Source: an uncultured Gemmatimonadaceae bacterium (GTDB lineage Bacteria > Gemmatimonadota > Gemmatimonadetes > Gemmatimonadales > Gemmatimonadaceae). Taken from it: DNA of 64,000 bases. The stretch covers positions 1,440,001 through 1,504,000 of the forward strand of contig CAWJMB010000002.1 of the NCBI GenBank assembly GCA_963843845.1, in the 5' to 3' direction. The translations under genes and the position numbers were made by a program. The notes under the pieces are model-generated. The model had not been told where the DNA came from. It made no database searches and saw only the letters and a list, made by a program, of their open reading frames with translations. Of the stretch, positions 1 through 10,870 are shown piece after piece; the first letter of the stretch is position 1, and each line of letters opens with the position of its first letter.

Positions 1-764
1 ACGACGGGGAGCAGCGCATTGCGGAGCGCGTGGTGGCGCAGCACGGCGCGGTCCGGAACGCCCTTCGCGCGCGCCGTGCGGAGGTAGTCCTCGCGCGCGA
101 CTTCGAGCAGCGCGGCGCGCTGGTGGCGCGAGACGACGGCCATGAGGCCCAGCGCGAGCGTGAGCGCCGGGAGCGCGAGGTGCCGCAGGCGGTCGACGAC
201 GCGCTCGCCGAACGTGAGGTAGTCGTAGGTGTCCGTCGTGATCGTGCCCGACGACGGAAGCCAGCGGAGCACGACCGCGAGTGGTACGACCAGCGCGACG
301 GCGAGCCAGAAGTCGGGGACCGAGAAGAAGAACACGGCGACCGCGCCGACGGCGCGGTCGAGCGCGCGACCGCCCGACGTGCCGCGCGCGCGCCACGCGG
401 CCTGCGCGACCCCCGACGCGATGCCGAACGCGAAGCCGAGCGCGAGCGCGGTGCCGACGAGGAGCAGCGTGTTCGGCAGCGCGCCGAGCAGCGCGTCGGT
501 CACGGGTCGGTTCGCGGAGAACGAGTAGCCGAGGTTCCCGCGCGCGACCCCGGCGACCCACCGCACGTACTGTTCGGCGAGCGGGCGGTCGAGCCCGTAG
601 AACGCGCGCCAGTACGTGCGCGTGCTCTCCGGAATGGTGTCGGCGCCCAACGCGGCGGAGACCGGATCGCCCGGCGCGAGGTGCAGCAGCACGAACGCCG
701 CCGTCGCGGCGACCGCGACGACGAGCAGACCTTGGAGGAGTCGTCGCGCGACGAAGCCGACCAA
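1..764 (-). CDS. Peptide/nickel ABC transporter permease (DppB/OppB-like), truncated by window edge
   Basis: TTG start at 764 reads MVGFVARRLLQGLLV; hydrophobic segments; EAA-like loop (DYLRTARAKG) near the window edge; abuts the binding-protein stop. Confidence 0.85.
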   Translation of the reverse strand, partial: MVGFVARRLLQGLLVVAVAATAAFVLLHLAPGDPVSAALGADTIPESTRTYWRAFYGLDRPLAEQYVRWVAGVARGNLGYSFSANRPVTDALLGALPNTLLLVGTALALGFAFGIASGVAQAAWRARGTSGGRALDRAVGAVAVFFFSVPDFWLAVALVVPLAVVLRWLPSSGTITTDTYDYLTFGERVVDRLRHLALPALTLALGLMAVVSRHQRAALLEVAREDYLRTARAKGVPDRAVLRHHALRNALLPV

Positions 765-2414
765 TTACGGAACGCTCCAGTCGGCGAGGTGGGCCCACCA
801 CGCGTCGGCGCGGAAGCCGGCGACCTGGATGCGGCGATGCACGCCGGCGACGAGACGCGGCTCGAAGAGCCAGATCGCCGGCGCGTCGTCGGTGATCGTC
901 TGGTAGGCGTGCAGCCAGGCGCGCCGGCTCGCGGCGCGGTCGTAGGCGCCTAACGCGCTGTCGACCTGTGCGTCGAACGTCGGGCTCTCGTAGGCGCCGA
1001 AGTTCGAGCCCCCGGGGCGCGCACCCAACGAGCCCCACGTCTGCACGATCCCCCCCTGACTCGGCTCCGTCTGCCAGCCGCCCAACGCGGCGTCGAAGTC
1101 GCGCCCCCGCTGCCGCTCGGCGAAGGTGGCGATCGGGAGCGACTCGATCGTGACGTCGGCGCCGACGACGCGAAGCTGATCCCGGAGCGCGGCGGCCATC
1201 CGCTGCCGCGCGGGGCTCGACGAGGCGATGAGCAGCGTGAACGCGAGGCGCGTCCCGCCGCGGGCGCGGACGCCGTCGCCCGCGTCGCGCCAGCCGAGCG
1301 AGTCGAGCATCGCGCGCGCGCGGGCGACGTCGGACGGCAGCGGGCGCAGCGACTGCCAGTCCGGGAACAGCGCGCGCGTGACGGGACCGACGCCGACGAG
1401 CGCGAGCGAGTCGTACGCGCTGGTGACGAGCCGACCGCGGTCGACGGCCGTGGTGAGCGCGCGGCGCAGCGCGCGGTCGGCGAACAGCCGGTGCGGCCCG
1501 CCGCCGCCGTTCGGGTCGCGCAGGTTGAACTGCACGAAGCCGTAGTCGAGCGACGGGTAGAAGACGAGCCGCAGCGTGCGATTCCGCGCGAGCTGCCCGA
1601 GGTACTCGGGGCGCATCGCGTCGAGCACGTCGGCGGTGCCGTTCACGAGGTTGATCGTCGCCGCCCCCATGTCGGACGCGACGAGCCACGTGAGGCGATC
1701 GAGGCGCGCCCGTCCTCGGTAATTCTCCTCGTCGGACTCGAGCTCGATGCGCGCGCGCGGCGTCCAGCGTCTGAAGCGAAAGCGTCCACTGCCGATCGGC
1801 GCGCGCGAGAACGGCGACGCGCCGAGGCGGTCGCGCGGGATGCCGCGCAGCAGGTGCGCCGGGAGGACGTAGAGCTCGTACGTCGCGTCGAAGAACTGCT
1901 GCGGCGTGCGACGCTTGTACCAGAACGTCACCGAGACCGAGTCGGCGGCCGTGACCGAGTCGATGTTCGCGAGCAGCGCGGCGGTCGGCGATCCGACCGC
2001 CGGGTCGGTGTAGACCTCGAAGCTGAACCGCACGTCGGCCGCGGTGACGGGGATGTCGTCGTGCCACCGCGCCGTCGGGTCGAGGGTGAACGTGATCGAC
2101 AGCGAGTCGGGCGCCCACGTCCACCGACGCGCGAGGCGCGGGGTGAAGCCGGCGTCGCCGATCGTATTCAGGGAGTCGCCGATGTCGGCGAGGCGGTCGA
2201 AGAGCTGGCCGACGATCGCGTTGCCGGGCGCGCCGCTGACGAGCGGCGGGAAGAGCGTCGCCGGCTCGGTCGCGGTCGAGACGACGACCGAGCCGCCGGT
2301 CCGGGCGCGACCATCCGAGCCGCCCCCGGAATCCGAGCAGGCGAGCACGAGCGCGACGACCGCGGACGCGACGAGCGCGAATCCGGCCGGACGAAGGGAG
2401 CGAGACGAGTTCAC
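765..2414 (-). CDS. Peptide ABC transporter substrate-binding lipoprotein (family 5)
   Basis: Lipobox LAC, TF.L...ARWHD..PVTAADVRFS, PIGSGRFRF; start uncertain (GTG 2414 preferred because the upstream in-frame stretch is simple repeats). Confidence 0.88.
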   Translation of the reverse strand: MNSSRSLRPAGFALVASAVVALVLACSDSGGGSDGRARTGGSVVVSTATEPATLFPPLVSGAPGNAIVGQLFDRLADIGDSLNTIGDAGFTPRLARRWTWAPDSLSITFTLDPTARWHDDIPVTAADVRFSFEVYTDPAVGSPTAALLANIDSVTAADSVSVTFWYKRRTPQQFFDATYELYVLPAHLLRGIPRDRLGASPFSRAPIGSGRFRFRRWTPRARIELESDEENYRGRARLDRLTWLVASDMGAATINLVNGTADVLDAMRPEYLGQLARNRTLRLVFYPSLDYGFVQFNLRDPNGGGGPHRLFADRALRRALTTAVDRGRLVTSAYDSLALVGVGPVTRALFPDWQSLRPLPSDVARARAMLDSLGWRDAGDGVRARGGTRLAFTLLIASSSPARQRMAAALRDQLRVVGADVTIESLPIATFAERQRGRDFDAALGGWQTEPSQGGIVQTWGSLGARPGGSNFGAYESPTFDAQVDSALGAYDRAASRRAWLHAYQTITDDAPAIWLFEPRLVAGVHRRIQVAGFRADAWWAHLADWSVP

Positions 2415-2491
2415 GAGCACGAGACGAACGAGAGACGCAGGCGTCAGCGAGCGGGAAGGGTCGGGAAGGGTCGCGAAGGGTACGGCAGCGG

Positions 2492-3298
2492 TCAGCGTCG
2501 CCAGGTCCATGCCGGATCGCGGTAGCGATCGCGTGCGGCGCGCATCGTCGCGCACAATCTGTCGTCGAGGGCGAGCGGTGTGGGTCGTGCGCCCTCGATC
2601 GCCGCGATCGCCTCGCCGATCGCGTCGGCCACCTCGCGCAGCGCCGGCGCGCGGCCGAGGAGCGCGCGGAGCGTGGCCGGGGCGGGAATGGAGAGCGCGG
2701 GCGTCGTCGACAGCGACGCGACGAGCGACTGGTCGTCGTCGATCAGGATCGAGCCGTGCTGCAGGAGCGCGCCATCGTGCTGCCACTGGGCGCTGCCGAC
2801 GAGCTTCGCGACGCGGTCGTCGACGTCCACCACGAGCTCGCCGCCGGTCGGTGTCTCGAAGCAGGGGCTCGCCTCGGGGCGCGGCGCGCGCGCCGTCGGC
2901 ACCGCCTCGCGCGCGCCGGCGCCGAGCGAGCGGAGCGCGGCGACGAGCCAGCGATTGATGCGGGCGTACGCCACCGCGAGCGGCGCCCCGGCGGGTGCGA
3001 GCGCGCCGATCGGTGCGGCGACCGCGTAGGTGATCTCGCGGTGGTGGAGGACGGCACGCCCGCCGGTCGGGCGCCGCACGACGGCGAGGCCATGCGCGGC
3101 GAGCGTCTCCGGCGCGTAGAGCCCGGCCGCGCGCTGGTTCCGGCCGAACGACAGCGTCGGCGCCGACCAGGCATAGACGCGGACGACGCACTCGGCGGTG
3201 TCGCGCGCGTGTGTCATGAGCGCGTCGTCGAGCGCCATGTTGTCGGCGCCGTCGCGCGCGGCGGTCACGAGGAGTCGGAACGGCGGCAGCGGTCGCAC
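2492..3298 (-). CDS. Lipoate-protein ligase/octanoyltransferase (LplA/LipM family)
   Basis: NMALDDAL, VRRPTGGRAVLH, KLVGSAQ, LQHGSI; divergent from gcvP. Confidence 0.9.
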   Translation of the reverse strand: MRPLPPFRLLVTAARDGADNMALDDALMTHARDTAECVVRVYAWSAPTLSFGRNQRAAGLYAPETLAAHGLAVVRRPTGGRAVLHHREITYAVAAPIGALAPAGAPLAVAYARINRWLVAALRSLGAGAREAVPTARAPRPEASPCFETPTGGELVVDVDDRVAKLVGSAQWQHDGALLQHGSILIDDDQSLVASLSTTPALSIPAPATLRALLGRAPALREVADAIGEAIAAIEGARPTPLALDDRLCATMRAARDRYRDPAWTWRR

Positions 3299-3391
3299 GC
3301 GAGGAAGCTACCGGCGCTCTGCGAGCGGAGAAACCATCGGCGCGCCGGTTAGCTTTACCGGTTGAACCCTTCCGGCCTTCGCTCCTTTCGC

Positions 3392-6323
3392 ATGACGACG
3401 ATACAGCCGACCGCCACGCCCATCGCGACCGATACCTTCGTTCGCCGCCACATCGGCCCCGACGCCCCCGAGCAGCAGGCGATGCTCGCGGCGCTCGGCT
3501 ACGACTCGCTCGACGCGTTCATCGACGCGGTCGTGCCAGAGCGGATCCGGCTGCGGCAGCCGCTCTCGATCGGGCCGGCGCGCACGGAGCACGACGTGCT
3601 CGACGAGATCCGCGGCCTGTCGAAGCGCAACCAGATCTGGCGCTCGTTCATCGGCATGGGCTACTCGGCGACGCTCACCCCGCCGGTGATCCAGCGCAAC
3701 GTGCTCGAGAATCCGGGCTGGTACACGGCCTACACGCCCTATCAGGCGGAGATCGCGCAGGGGCGGCTGGAAGCGCTGCTGAACTTCCAGACGATGGTGG
3801 GCGACCTGACCGGACTGCCGATCGCCAACGCGTCGCTGCTCGACGAGGGGACGGCGGCGGCCGAGGCGATGGCGATGAGCTACGCGCTGCGCGGCAAGCC
3901 GGGCAAGGAAGACGTATCTTCATCGCGAGCGACTGCCACCCGCAGACGATCGCCGTGGTGCGGACGCGCGCCGAGGCGCGCGGCGTCGCCGTGGTCGTCG
4001 GCGACGCGCGGACGTACGAGTTCGGCGCCGAACGTGTTCGGCGCGCTGATCCAGTATCCGGCGACCGACGGCGCGCGTCGCCGACTATCGCGAGTTCTGC
4101 GAGCGCGCGCACGCAGCGGGCGCGCTCGTGACCGCGGCGACCGACCTGCTGGCGCTGACGCTGCTCACGCCGCCGGGCGAGTGGGGCGCCGACATCGCGG
4201 TCGGCAACTCGCAGCGCTTCGGCGTGCCGTTGGGCTACGGCGGCCCGCACGCGGCGTTCTTCGCGACGCAGGACGAGTTCAAGCGCCAGATCCCGGGCCG
4301 CATCATCGGCGTGTCGCGCGACGCGGACGGCAAGGCCGGCGCTGCGCATGGCGCTGCAGACGCGCGAGCAGCACATCCGTCGCGAGAAGGCGACGAGCAA
4401 CGTCTGCACGGCGCAGGTGCTGCTCGCGGTCATCGCCGGGATGTACGCCGTGTGGCACGGGCCCGGAGGGGCTCGTGCGCATCGCCGAGCGCGTGCACGG
4501 CCACGCGGCGCGCCTCGCCGCCGCGCTCGAGCGGCTCGGGCTGCACGTGCGCCACGACGACTACTTCGACACGCTCGCCGTCGACGTCGGCGCGCACGGC
4601 GGTCGAGGACATCGTCGCCGCGGCGAGCGCGCGGCAGATCAACCTGCGCGTGCTCGAGCCGGGCGTGCTCTGCGTCGCGCTCGACGAGCGGACGAGCGCG
4701 GCGGACGTCGCGGATCTCGTCGCCGTGCTTCAACGGCGACGAAGCGCCCGCGTGCGGAGCTCGACGAGGTGTCGACCGACGCGCGCTACGACGAGCGCTT
4801 CAAGCGCACGAGCACGTTCCTCACGCACCCCGTCTTCAACACGCACCACTCCGAGACCGAGATGCTGCGCTACATGCGCACGCTCGAGAGCCGGGACCTG
4901 TCGCTGGTGCACTCGATGATCCCGCTCGGCTGCTGCACGATGAAGCTGAACGCGACGGCGGAGATGATCCCGGTCACGTGGCCGGAGTTCGGCGCAGATG
5001 CACCCGTTCGCGCCGGCGCGAGCAGGCCGCAGGGTACGCGCGAGCTGTTCCGCGGCTCGAGCACGACCTCGCCGAGATCACCGGGCTTCGCCGGCGGTGT
5101 CGCTGCAGCCGAACGCCGGCTCGCAGGGCGAGTACGCGGGGCTGCTCGTCATCCGCCGCTACCACGAGGCGCGCGGCGAGGGGCATCGCAACGTCTGCCT
5201 GATCCCGCAGAGCGCGCACGGCACGAACCCGGCGAGCGCGGTGATGGCCGGCATACAAGGTCGTCGTCGTCGGCACGGCCGCGAACGGCAACGTCGACCT
5301 CGACGACCTGAAGGCGAAGGCCGAGCGAGCACTCGGCGAACCTCGCGGCGCTCATGATCACGTATCCGTCGACGCACGGCGTGTTCGAGGAGGCCGTGCG
5401 CGACGTGTGCGAGATCGTGCACGAGCACGGCGGCCAGGTGTACATGGACGGCGCGAACATGAACGCGATGGTCGGCCTCGCGCGCCCGGGCGACATCGGC
5501 GCCGACGTCTGCCACCTGAACCTGCACAAGACGTTCTGCATCCCGCACGGCGGCGGCGGTCCGGGCATGGGTCCGATCGGCGTCGCGTCGCAGCTCGTGC
5601 CGTTCCTGCCCGGCCACCCGGTCGTGGCGTTGGCGCACGGGCGAGGCGATCGGCCCGATCTCCGCCGCCCCGTGGGGGTCGGCGAGCATCCTGCCGATCT
5701 CGTGGGCGTACATCAAGATGATGGGCGGCGAGGGGCTCACGGAGGCGACGAAGGTCGCGATCCTGAACGCGAACTACATCGCGAAGCGACTCGAAGGAGC
5801 GTTCCCGGTGCTCTACCGCGGCGCGAACGGGCTCGTCGCGCACGAGTGCATCGTCGACACGCGCGTGGTGAAGCCCGGGAGCGGCGTCGAGGTCGAGGAC
5901 ATCGCGAAGCGCCTCATGGACTACGGCTTCCACGCGCCGACGGTGTGCTTCCCGGTCGCCGGCACGCTGATGATCGAGCCGACCGAGAGCGAGCCGAAGC
6001 CCGAGATCGATCGCTTCTGCGACGCGATCATCGCGATCCGCGAGGAGATCCGCGAGATCGAGCTCGGGGTCGCGGACCGCGCGGACAACGTGCTGAAGAA
6101 CGCGCCGCACCCGATGACGCGTGTCGTCAGCGACACGTGGGAGCACGCCTACTCACGCGAGAAGGCGGCCTTCCCGGCGTCGTGGACGCGCGAGCGGAAG
6201 TTCTGGCCCGCGGTCGGGCGCATCGAGAGCGCCTACGGCGACCGCAACCTCGTCTGCGCGTGCGTGCCGACCGAGGCGTACACCGACGGGATGGCGGCGT
6301 CGCTGGCGCAGGAGACGGATTAA
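3392..6323 (+). CDS. gcvP: Glycine dehydrogenase (decarboxylating), P protein; several apparent frameshifts
   Basis: [42 protein letters not shown] (PLP Lys), MIEPTESE spread over several frames. Confidence 0.97.
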
Positions 6324-7606
6324 GGGGCGGGGCTCGGGGCTCGGGGATCGGGCGGCGACGGTCGCCCGGATTCCCGATCCCCGATCGCCGAGCCCCGACC
6401 GGTCAGCAGCGCTCCGGCCCGATCGAGGATCGCCTCGGCGACCGCGGTCTTGGGCATCAGCGGCAACACGTCGGCGCCGTCCGCCGAGATCAGCGTCACG
6501 CGGTTCGTGTCGACGCGGAAGCCGGCGCCGGGCTCGGTCGCATCGTTCAGCACGATGAGATCGAGCCCTTTGCGCGCCAGCTTGGCGCGGGCGTGTGCGG
6601 CTCCGTCGTGCGTCTCGAGCGCGAAGCCGACGACGACGGCATCCGCACGGCGGAGCGCGCGCGTGCCGGCGAGGATGTCGCTCGTCGACTCGAGCGCGAT
6701 CGACGGCGCCGCGCCGCCGCGCTTCATCTTCTCCGCGGCGACGTGCGCCGGGCGGAAGTCGGCGGGCGCGGCGGCCATGACCAGCACGTCCGCGCTCGGC
6801 AGCGCGGCGGCGACGGCGTCGTGCATCTGCTGTGTCGTCTCGACGGGGACGTGCCGGACGCCGGTCGGCGGCGCGACTTCGAGCGGCCCGGCGATGAAGG
6901 TGACGTTCGCGCCGCGCCGCCACGCTGCCGCGGCGAGCGCGACGCCCATCCGCCCACTGCTGTGGTTCGAGATGAAGCGCACCGGGTCGAGCGGCTCGCG
7001 CGTCGGGCCGGCGGTGACGACGACGTTCGCGCCGTGGAGGGGGCCACGCGGCTCCAGCAACCGCCCGACGTGCGCGAGAATCGTCTCGGGCTCCGGCATC
7101 CGGCCGGGCCCGCTCCCTTCGCCGGCGGCGAGTGGCCCCGCGTCCGGGTCGAGCACGTGGTACCCGATCGACCGCGCGTGCTGCACGTTCCGACCCACCT
7201 GCGGGTGCGCCCACATCCGATCGTTCATCGCCGGCACGAGCAGCACCGGCGCCTCGGTCGCGAGCAGACACGCCGAGAGCAGGTCGTCGGCATGACCGTG
7301 GACGGCACGCGCGAGAAAATCCGCCGTGCACGGCGCGACGACCAATAGCTCCGCGGTGCGCGCCAGGCGGATGTGATCGAGCGCGCGACCGGGTCCGAGC
7401 AGCTCGACGTGCACCGCGCGCCCGGTCAGCGCCTCGAGCGTCACCGGTCCGACGAACTCCGTCGCGGCGCGCGTCATCACGACGTCGACCTCGGCGCCGC
7501 TCTGCGCGAGCAGTCGGGCGAGCCACGCCGCCTTGTAGCTCGCGATGCCGCCCGTGATGCCGAGGAGGACGCGGCGTCCGTCGCCTGCCGTGGAACGTCG
7601 AGTCAT
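6320..7606 (-). CDS. coaBC: Bifunctional phosphopantothenoylcysteine decarboxylase/ligase
   Basis: [42 protein letters not shown]. Confidence 0.96.
   Translation of the reverse strand: MTRRSTAGDGRRVLLGITGGIASYKAAWLARLLAQSGAEVDVVMTRAATEFVGPVTLEALTGRAVHVELLGPGRALDHIRLARTAELLVVAPCTADFLARAVHGHADDLLSACLLATEAPVLLVPAMNDRMWAHPQVGRNVQHARSIGYHVLDPDAGPLAAGEGSGPGRMPEPETILAHVGRLLEPRGPLHGANVVVTAGPTREPLDPVRFISNHSSGRMGVALAAAAWRRGANVTFIAGPLEVAPPTGVRHVPVETTQQMHDAVAAALPSADVLVMAAAPADFRPAHVAAEKMKRGGAAPSIALESTSDILAGTRALRRADAVVVGFALETHDGAAHARAKLARKGLDLIVLNDATEPGAGFRVDTNRVTLISADGADVLPLMPKTAVAEAILDRAGALLTGRGSAIGDRESGRPSPPDPRAPSPAP
6329..6397. repeat. Heptamer (CGGGGMT-type) repeats in inverted arrangement forming a hairpin at the convergent gcvP/coaBC ends
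   Basis: gggctcggggctcggggatcggg ... cccgatccccgatcgccgagcccc. Confidence 0.65.
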
Positions 7607-7678
7607 GGTGCCGGTGCTGGTCCGTGTCGACGGCGCCGCATCGCCTCCGCCGTCGAGAGCGCCCGCGCCGGTCCGCGC

Positions 7679-8062
7679 TTACCGGCCGACGAGTCCCTCG
7701 TACTCGTCCGCGCTCAACAGCCCGGCGGGCTCCCCGTCGAGCCGGATCTTCACCATCCACCCGTCGCCGTACGGATCGCCGTTGACGAGCGCCGGCTCTC
7801 CGTCGAGCCGTCCGTTGACCTCGACCACCTCGCCGGCGACGGGCGAGAACAGCTCGGAGACCGCCTTCACGGCTTCGATCGTGCCGAACACCTCGTGCGC
7901 GGCGAGCGTCCGCCCGACCTGCGGCAGCTCGACGTAGACCACGTCGCCGAGCTCGCCCTGCGCGTAGTCGGTGATCCCGACGACGACGACGTTCGCGTCG
8001 TCCGACGGCCGCACGTACTCGTGATCCTTCGTGTACTGCAAGTCCGGCCGAATGTCCGACAC
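7679..8062 (-). CDS. gcvH: Glycine cleavage system H protein
   Basis: YTKDHEY, GITDYAQGELGD, lipoyl motif EAVKAVSE, NGDPYGDGW; GTG start at 8062. Confidence 0.96.
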   Translation of the reverse strand: MSDIRPDLQYTKDHEYVRPSDDANVVVVGITDYAQGELGDVVYVELPQVGRTLAAHEVFGTIEAVKAVSELFSPVAGEVVEVNGRLDGEPALVNGDPYGDGWMVKIRLDGEPAGLLSADEYEGLVGR

Positions 8063-8130
8063 GGCGCGCTCCGCGACTGAGTGAGGGCTGCTACGATCGG
8101 GCGAGAGTCTAGGCGTCGCGCGGAGTGAGT

Positions 8131-8739
8131 TCAAGCTGACGCGGCGCGCGCGACGATCACGCGCCACACGTCGTCGACGCGCGCCTCGAGCGCCTCGCGC
8201 GAGCCGACGTTCTCGATCACATGATCGGCGCGCGCGCGCTTCAACTCGGCCGGCATCTGCGCCACCATCACCGCCATCGCCTCGTCGGGCGTCAGGCCGC
8301 GATCGCGGACGATCCGCTCGAGGCGCAGCTCGCGCGGCGCGTCGACGAGCACGATGACGTCGAACATGTCGGCGAGGTTGCGCTCGAACAGCAGCGGCGC
8401 GTCGCACACGACCACGCGGTCGCCCCGCTCGCGCGCCGCACGCAGCGCCTCGTCGCGCAGCCGCGCGACCTCGGGGTGCACGATCGCGTTGAGCGCCTCG
8501 AGCTCGGCCGGGTCGTCGAACACGAGGCGTCGCAGCGCCGCGCGATCGAGCGCGCCGTCCGACGCGACGACCTCCGCCCCCCACCGCGCGGCGATCTGGT
8601 CGTGCGCCGCGCTGCCGACCGCGACCGCGGCGCGCGCGAGCACGTCGGCGTCGATCAGCGTCGCGCCGCGCGCCGTGAACATCGACGCGACGGTCGATTT
8701 GCCGCTGGCGATGTTGCCGGTGAGGCCGACGAGGAGCAT
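8131..8739 (-). CDS. coaE: Dephospho-CoA kinase
   Basis: GLTGNIASGKST, DADVLAR, LNAIVHP, PLLFE. Confidence 0.96.
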   Translation of the reverse strand: MLLVGLTGNIASGKSTVASMFTARGATLIDADVLARAAVAVGSAAHDQIAARWGAEVVASDGALDRAALRRLVFDDPAELEALNAIVHPEVARLRDEALRAARERGDRVVVCDAPLLFERNLADMFDVIVLVDAPRELRLERIVRDRGLTPDEAMAVMVAQMPAELKRARADHVIENVGSREALEARVDDVWRVIVARAASA

Positions 8740-8805
8740 GAGCGCGGGGCGAGAGCGTGCGACGGCAGTCGAGCGCGCCCGACGGCGGTGGCGAGCGGCG
8801 GCGCG

Positions 8806-9616
8806 TCAGGCATCCGCGTCGGCCTCCAAAGTATGGCCGGCGTCGATCGCGTCAACCCGGCTCGCGCGCCGCTCGAGCAATCGCGTCACGACCCACGCGG
8901 CGCCGCCGCGGTCGCGCATCTCCAGCGGCGTCACGCCGAGGTACCGCCGTACCACGTTCCGGAACGCGCTCGGCGACGGATAGTCGAGGGCGCGAGCGAC
9001 GCTGTCGGCGCTGCGGTCGGCGCGCTCGAGCAGCCGCGCCGCGACGACGAGCCGCCCCCAGGAGAGCAGATGATGCGGCGGCGGGAGCGCCGCGGCGGCG
9101 AGCCGTCGCGTGAGCGCGCGCCGCGACGACGCGACGAGCCGCGCGAGCGCGTCGGGCGTCAGGCGCTCGTGCGCGCGCGTGATCGACGAGGAGCACCGCG
9201 TCGCGAACGAGGGGCCGCGCGCCGGCCAGCGCGTCGCCGACGAGCGTCGCCGTGTTGCGCCCGGTCGCGCGGTCGAGGATCGCCGCGAGCGCCGCCGGCC
9301 CGTCGTCCTCGCCGGCGACGACGAAGGCTTCCAGGCCGCAGCGTCCGGCGTCGAACGCGTCGCGCGGACGGACGCGCGACGCCTCGACGTACGCGACCAT
9401 CGGTGCCCGCGGGGCCCGTGCCCGGAGCTGCCGCACGCGCTCGAAATCGGGGACCCCGTCGGCATAGAGGTCGAACACGACGGCGTCGGCATCGTCGCGG
9501 TCGCACGCCGCCGTCAGCTCGCTCCACGACCCGAAGGCGTGGACGCGCTGCGCGTCGCGCGCCGCGGCGCGGAGTCGCTGAAGGCGCATGTCGGCCGGCA
9601 GCAGAGTGAGGATCAC
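8806..9616 (-). CDS. AraC-family HTH regulator with receiver-like N-terminal domain (one frameshift near 9185)
   Basis: C-terminal SRRALTRRL...VARALDYPSPSAFRNVVRRYLGVTP; N-terminal part in another frame; start uncertain. Confidence 0.75.
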
Positions 9617-9828
9617 GCGTCGAGGAGCCGAGACTACGAAGTCGGAGGTGCGCCGCCGGAGGTCCGTCGCAGAGACGCGTCGCCGCACGCCGTCGTCACG
9701 CTCCCGGCCACGATCGTCACGTCGAACGCCCGCGGGCCGAGGGCGTGACGAGTGGCGACACGCGACTCCCCCACCGTACGGCCGAGACATCCTCTCGGAC
9801 ACGCCCTTCCTCGCCTCACTGCCGCTGC

Positions 9829-10443
9829 ATGTCCGACTGCCGTCCTCGCTGCCTCCGCCGTCATTCCCCGTCCCCCGCCGGCCGCCGCGGTCTCACGCTC
9901 CCCGAGCTGATGATCGCGCTCGCGCTCGTGGGGATCGCCGCCGGCGTCGCCGTGCCGCGACTCGGCTGGGCGCGGTGGGAGGCGGACGCGGCGGCGCGGC
10001 AGCTTCGCTACACGCTGCAGACGGCGCAGCGGCTCGCCGTCACGCAGCAGTCGACGGTGATCGTCGGAGTCGACTCGTCGCAGTGGCGGGTGCGCGTCCT
10101 CGAGGATCTGAACGGCAACCTGACGAAAGACGGAGCCGAGCGCGTGACGTGGATGAAGCTCGACGGCACGGCGCGCTTCGTCGCCCCGCCGACGCCGATC
10201 CCGGGGCGGGCGGCGGGCGGCGCACTCGTGAACGTCGGTCCCGAGACGGTCGACGGCTTCCCGAGCCTCGTCTTTCGCCGCGACGGTTCGGCGAGCGCGA
10301 CGGCGGTGCTCTACGTCCGCTCGCAGCACGGTGCGGACGTCGAGTTCCGCGGCATCGAGATCACGCAATCGACGGGACGCGTCGCGTGGTGGCGGTCGAC
10401 GCAGACGGGCGCGTCGCTTTCATGGATCCGGGGAACGCTATGA
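9829..10443 (+). CDS. Type IV minor pilin, FimT/FimU/GspH-like
   Basis: Class III signal RRG|LTLPELMIALALVG. Confidence 0.85.
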   Translation: MSDCRPRCLRRHSPSPAGRRGLTLPELMIALALVGIAAGVAVPRLGWARWEADAAARQLRYTLQTAQRLAVTQQSTVIVGVDSSQWRVRVLEDLNGNLTKDGAERVTWMKLDGTARFVAPPTPIPGRAAGGALVNVGPETVDGFPSLVFRRDGSASATAVLYVRSQHGADVEFRGIEITQSTGRVAWWRSTQTGASLSWIRGTL

Positions 10444-10868
10444 CGGGACGACAGGTGATGCGGCGAACGACGACGCCGCGGCGCGCCGCTCACGGGGCGC
10501 ACGGGCGGCGTGGCTTCTCGCTCGTCGAGGTCATCATCGCGATCGGCTTTCTCGCCACCGTGGCGCTCGGCTTCGCGACCTTCTCGCAGCGGATGGCGCG
10601 CGCGAGCTCGGTGGCGACGCAGCGGTCGACGGCGAGCGACCTCGCGGTCGAGCGCCTGGAGACGGTGCGCGGCGCGACGACCTACGCCTCGGTCGACGGC
10701 TACGCGTCGACCGAGGCGACGGTGAGCGGCTATACCGCCTACAAACGTCGGACGTACGTGCAGTCGACGGCGACGGCGACGGCGAACCACAAGACGGTGA
10801 CCGTCGTCGTGACGCACATCGCGCTGCAGGACTCGGTCGTGAAGACGACCGTCATCGCGGCGTTCTGA
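10440..10868 (+). CDS. Type IV minor pilin, PilV-like
   Basis: RRG|FSLVEVIIAIGFL; ATGA overlap with upstream gene. Confidence 0.85.
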   Translation: MTGRQVMRRTTTPRRAAHGAHGRRGFSLVEVIIAIGFLATVALGFATFSQRMARASSVATQRSTASDLAVERLETVRGATTYASVDGYASTEATVSGYTAYKRRTYVQSTATATANHKTVTVVVTHIALQDSVVKTTVIAAF

Positions 10869-10870
10869 CG

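Noticed and set aside
3299..3391. Glycine riboswitch upstream of gcvP
   Set aside because: The spacer is only about 90 bp; GGAGA is present but the CCGAAG and CTCTCAGG elements are not
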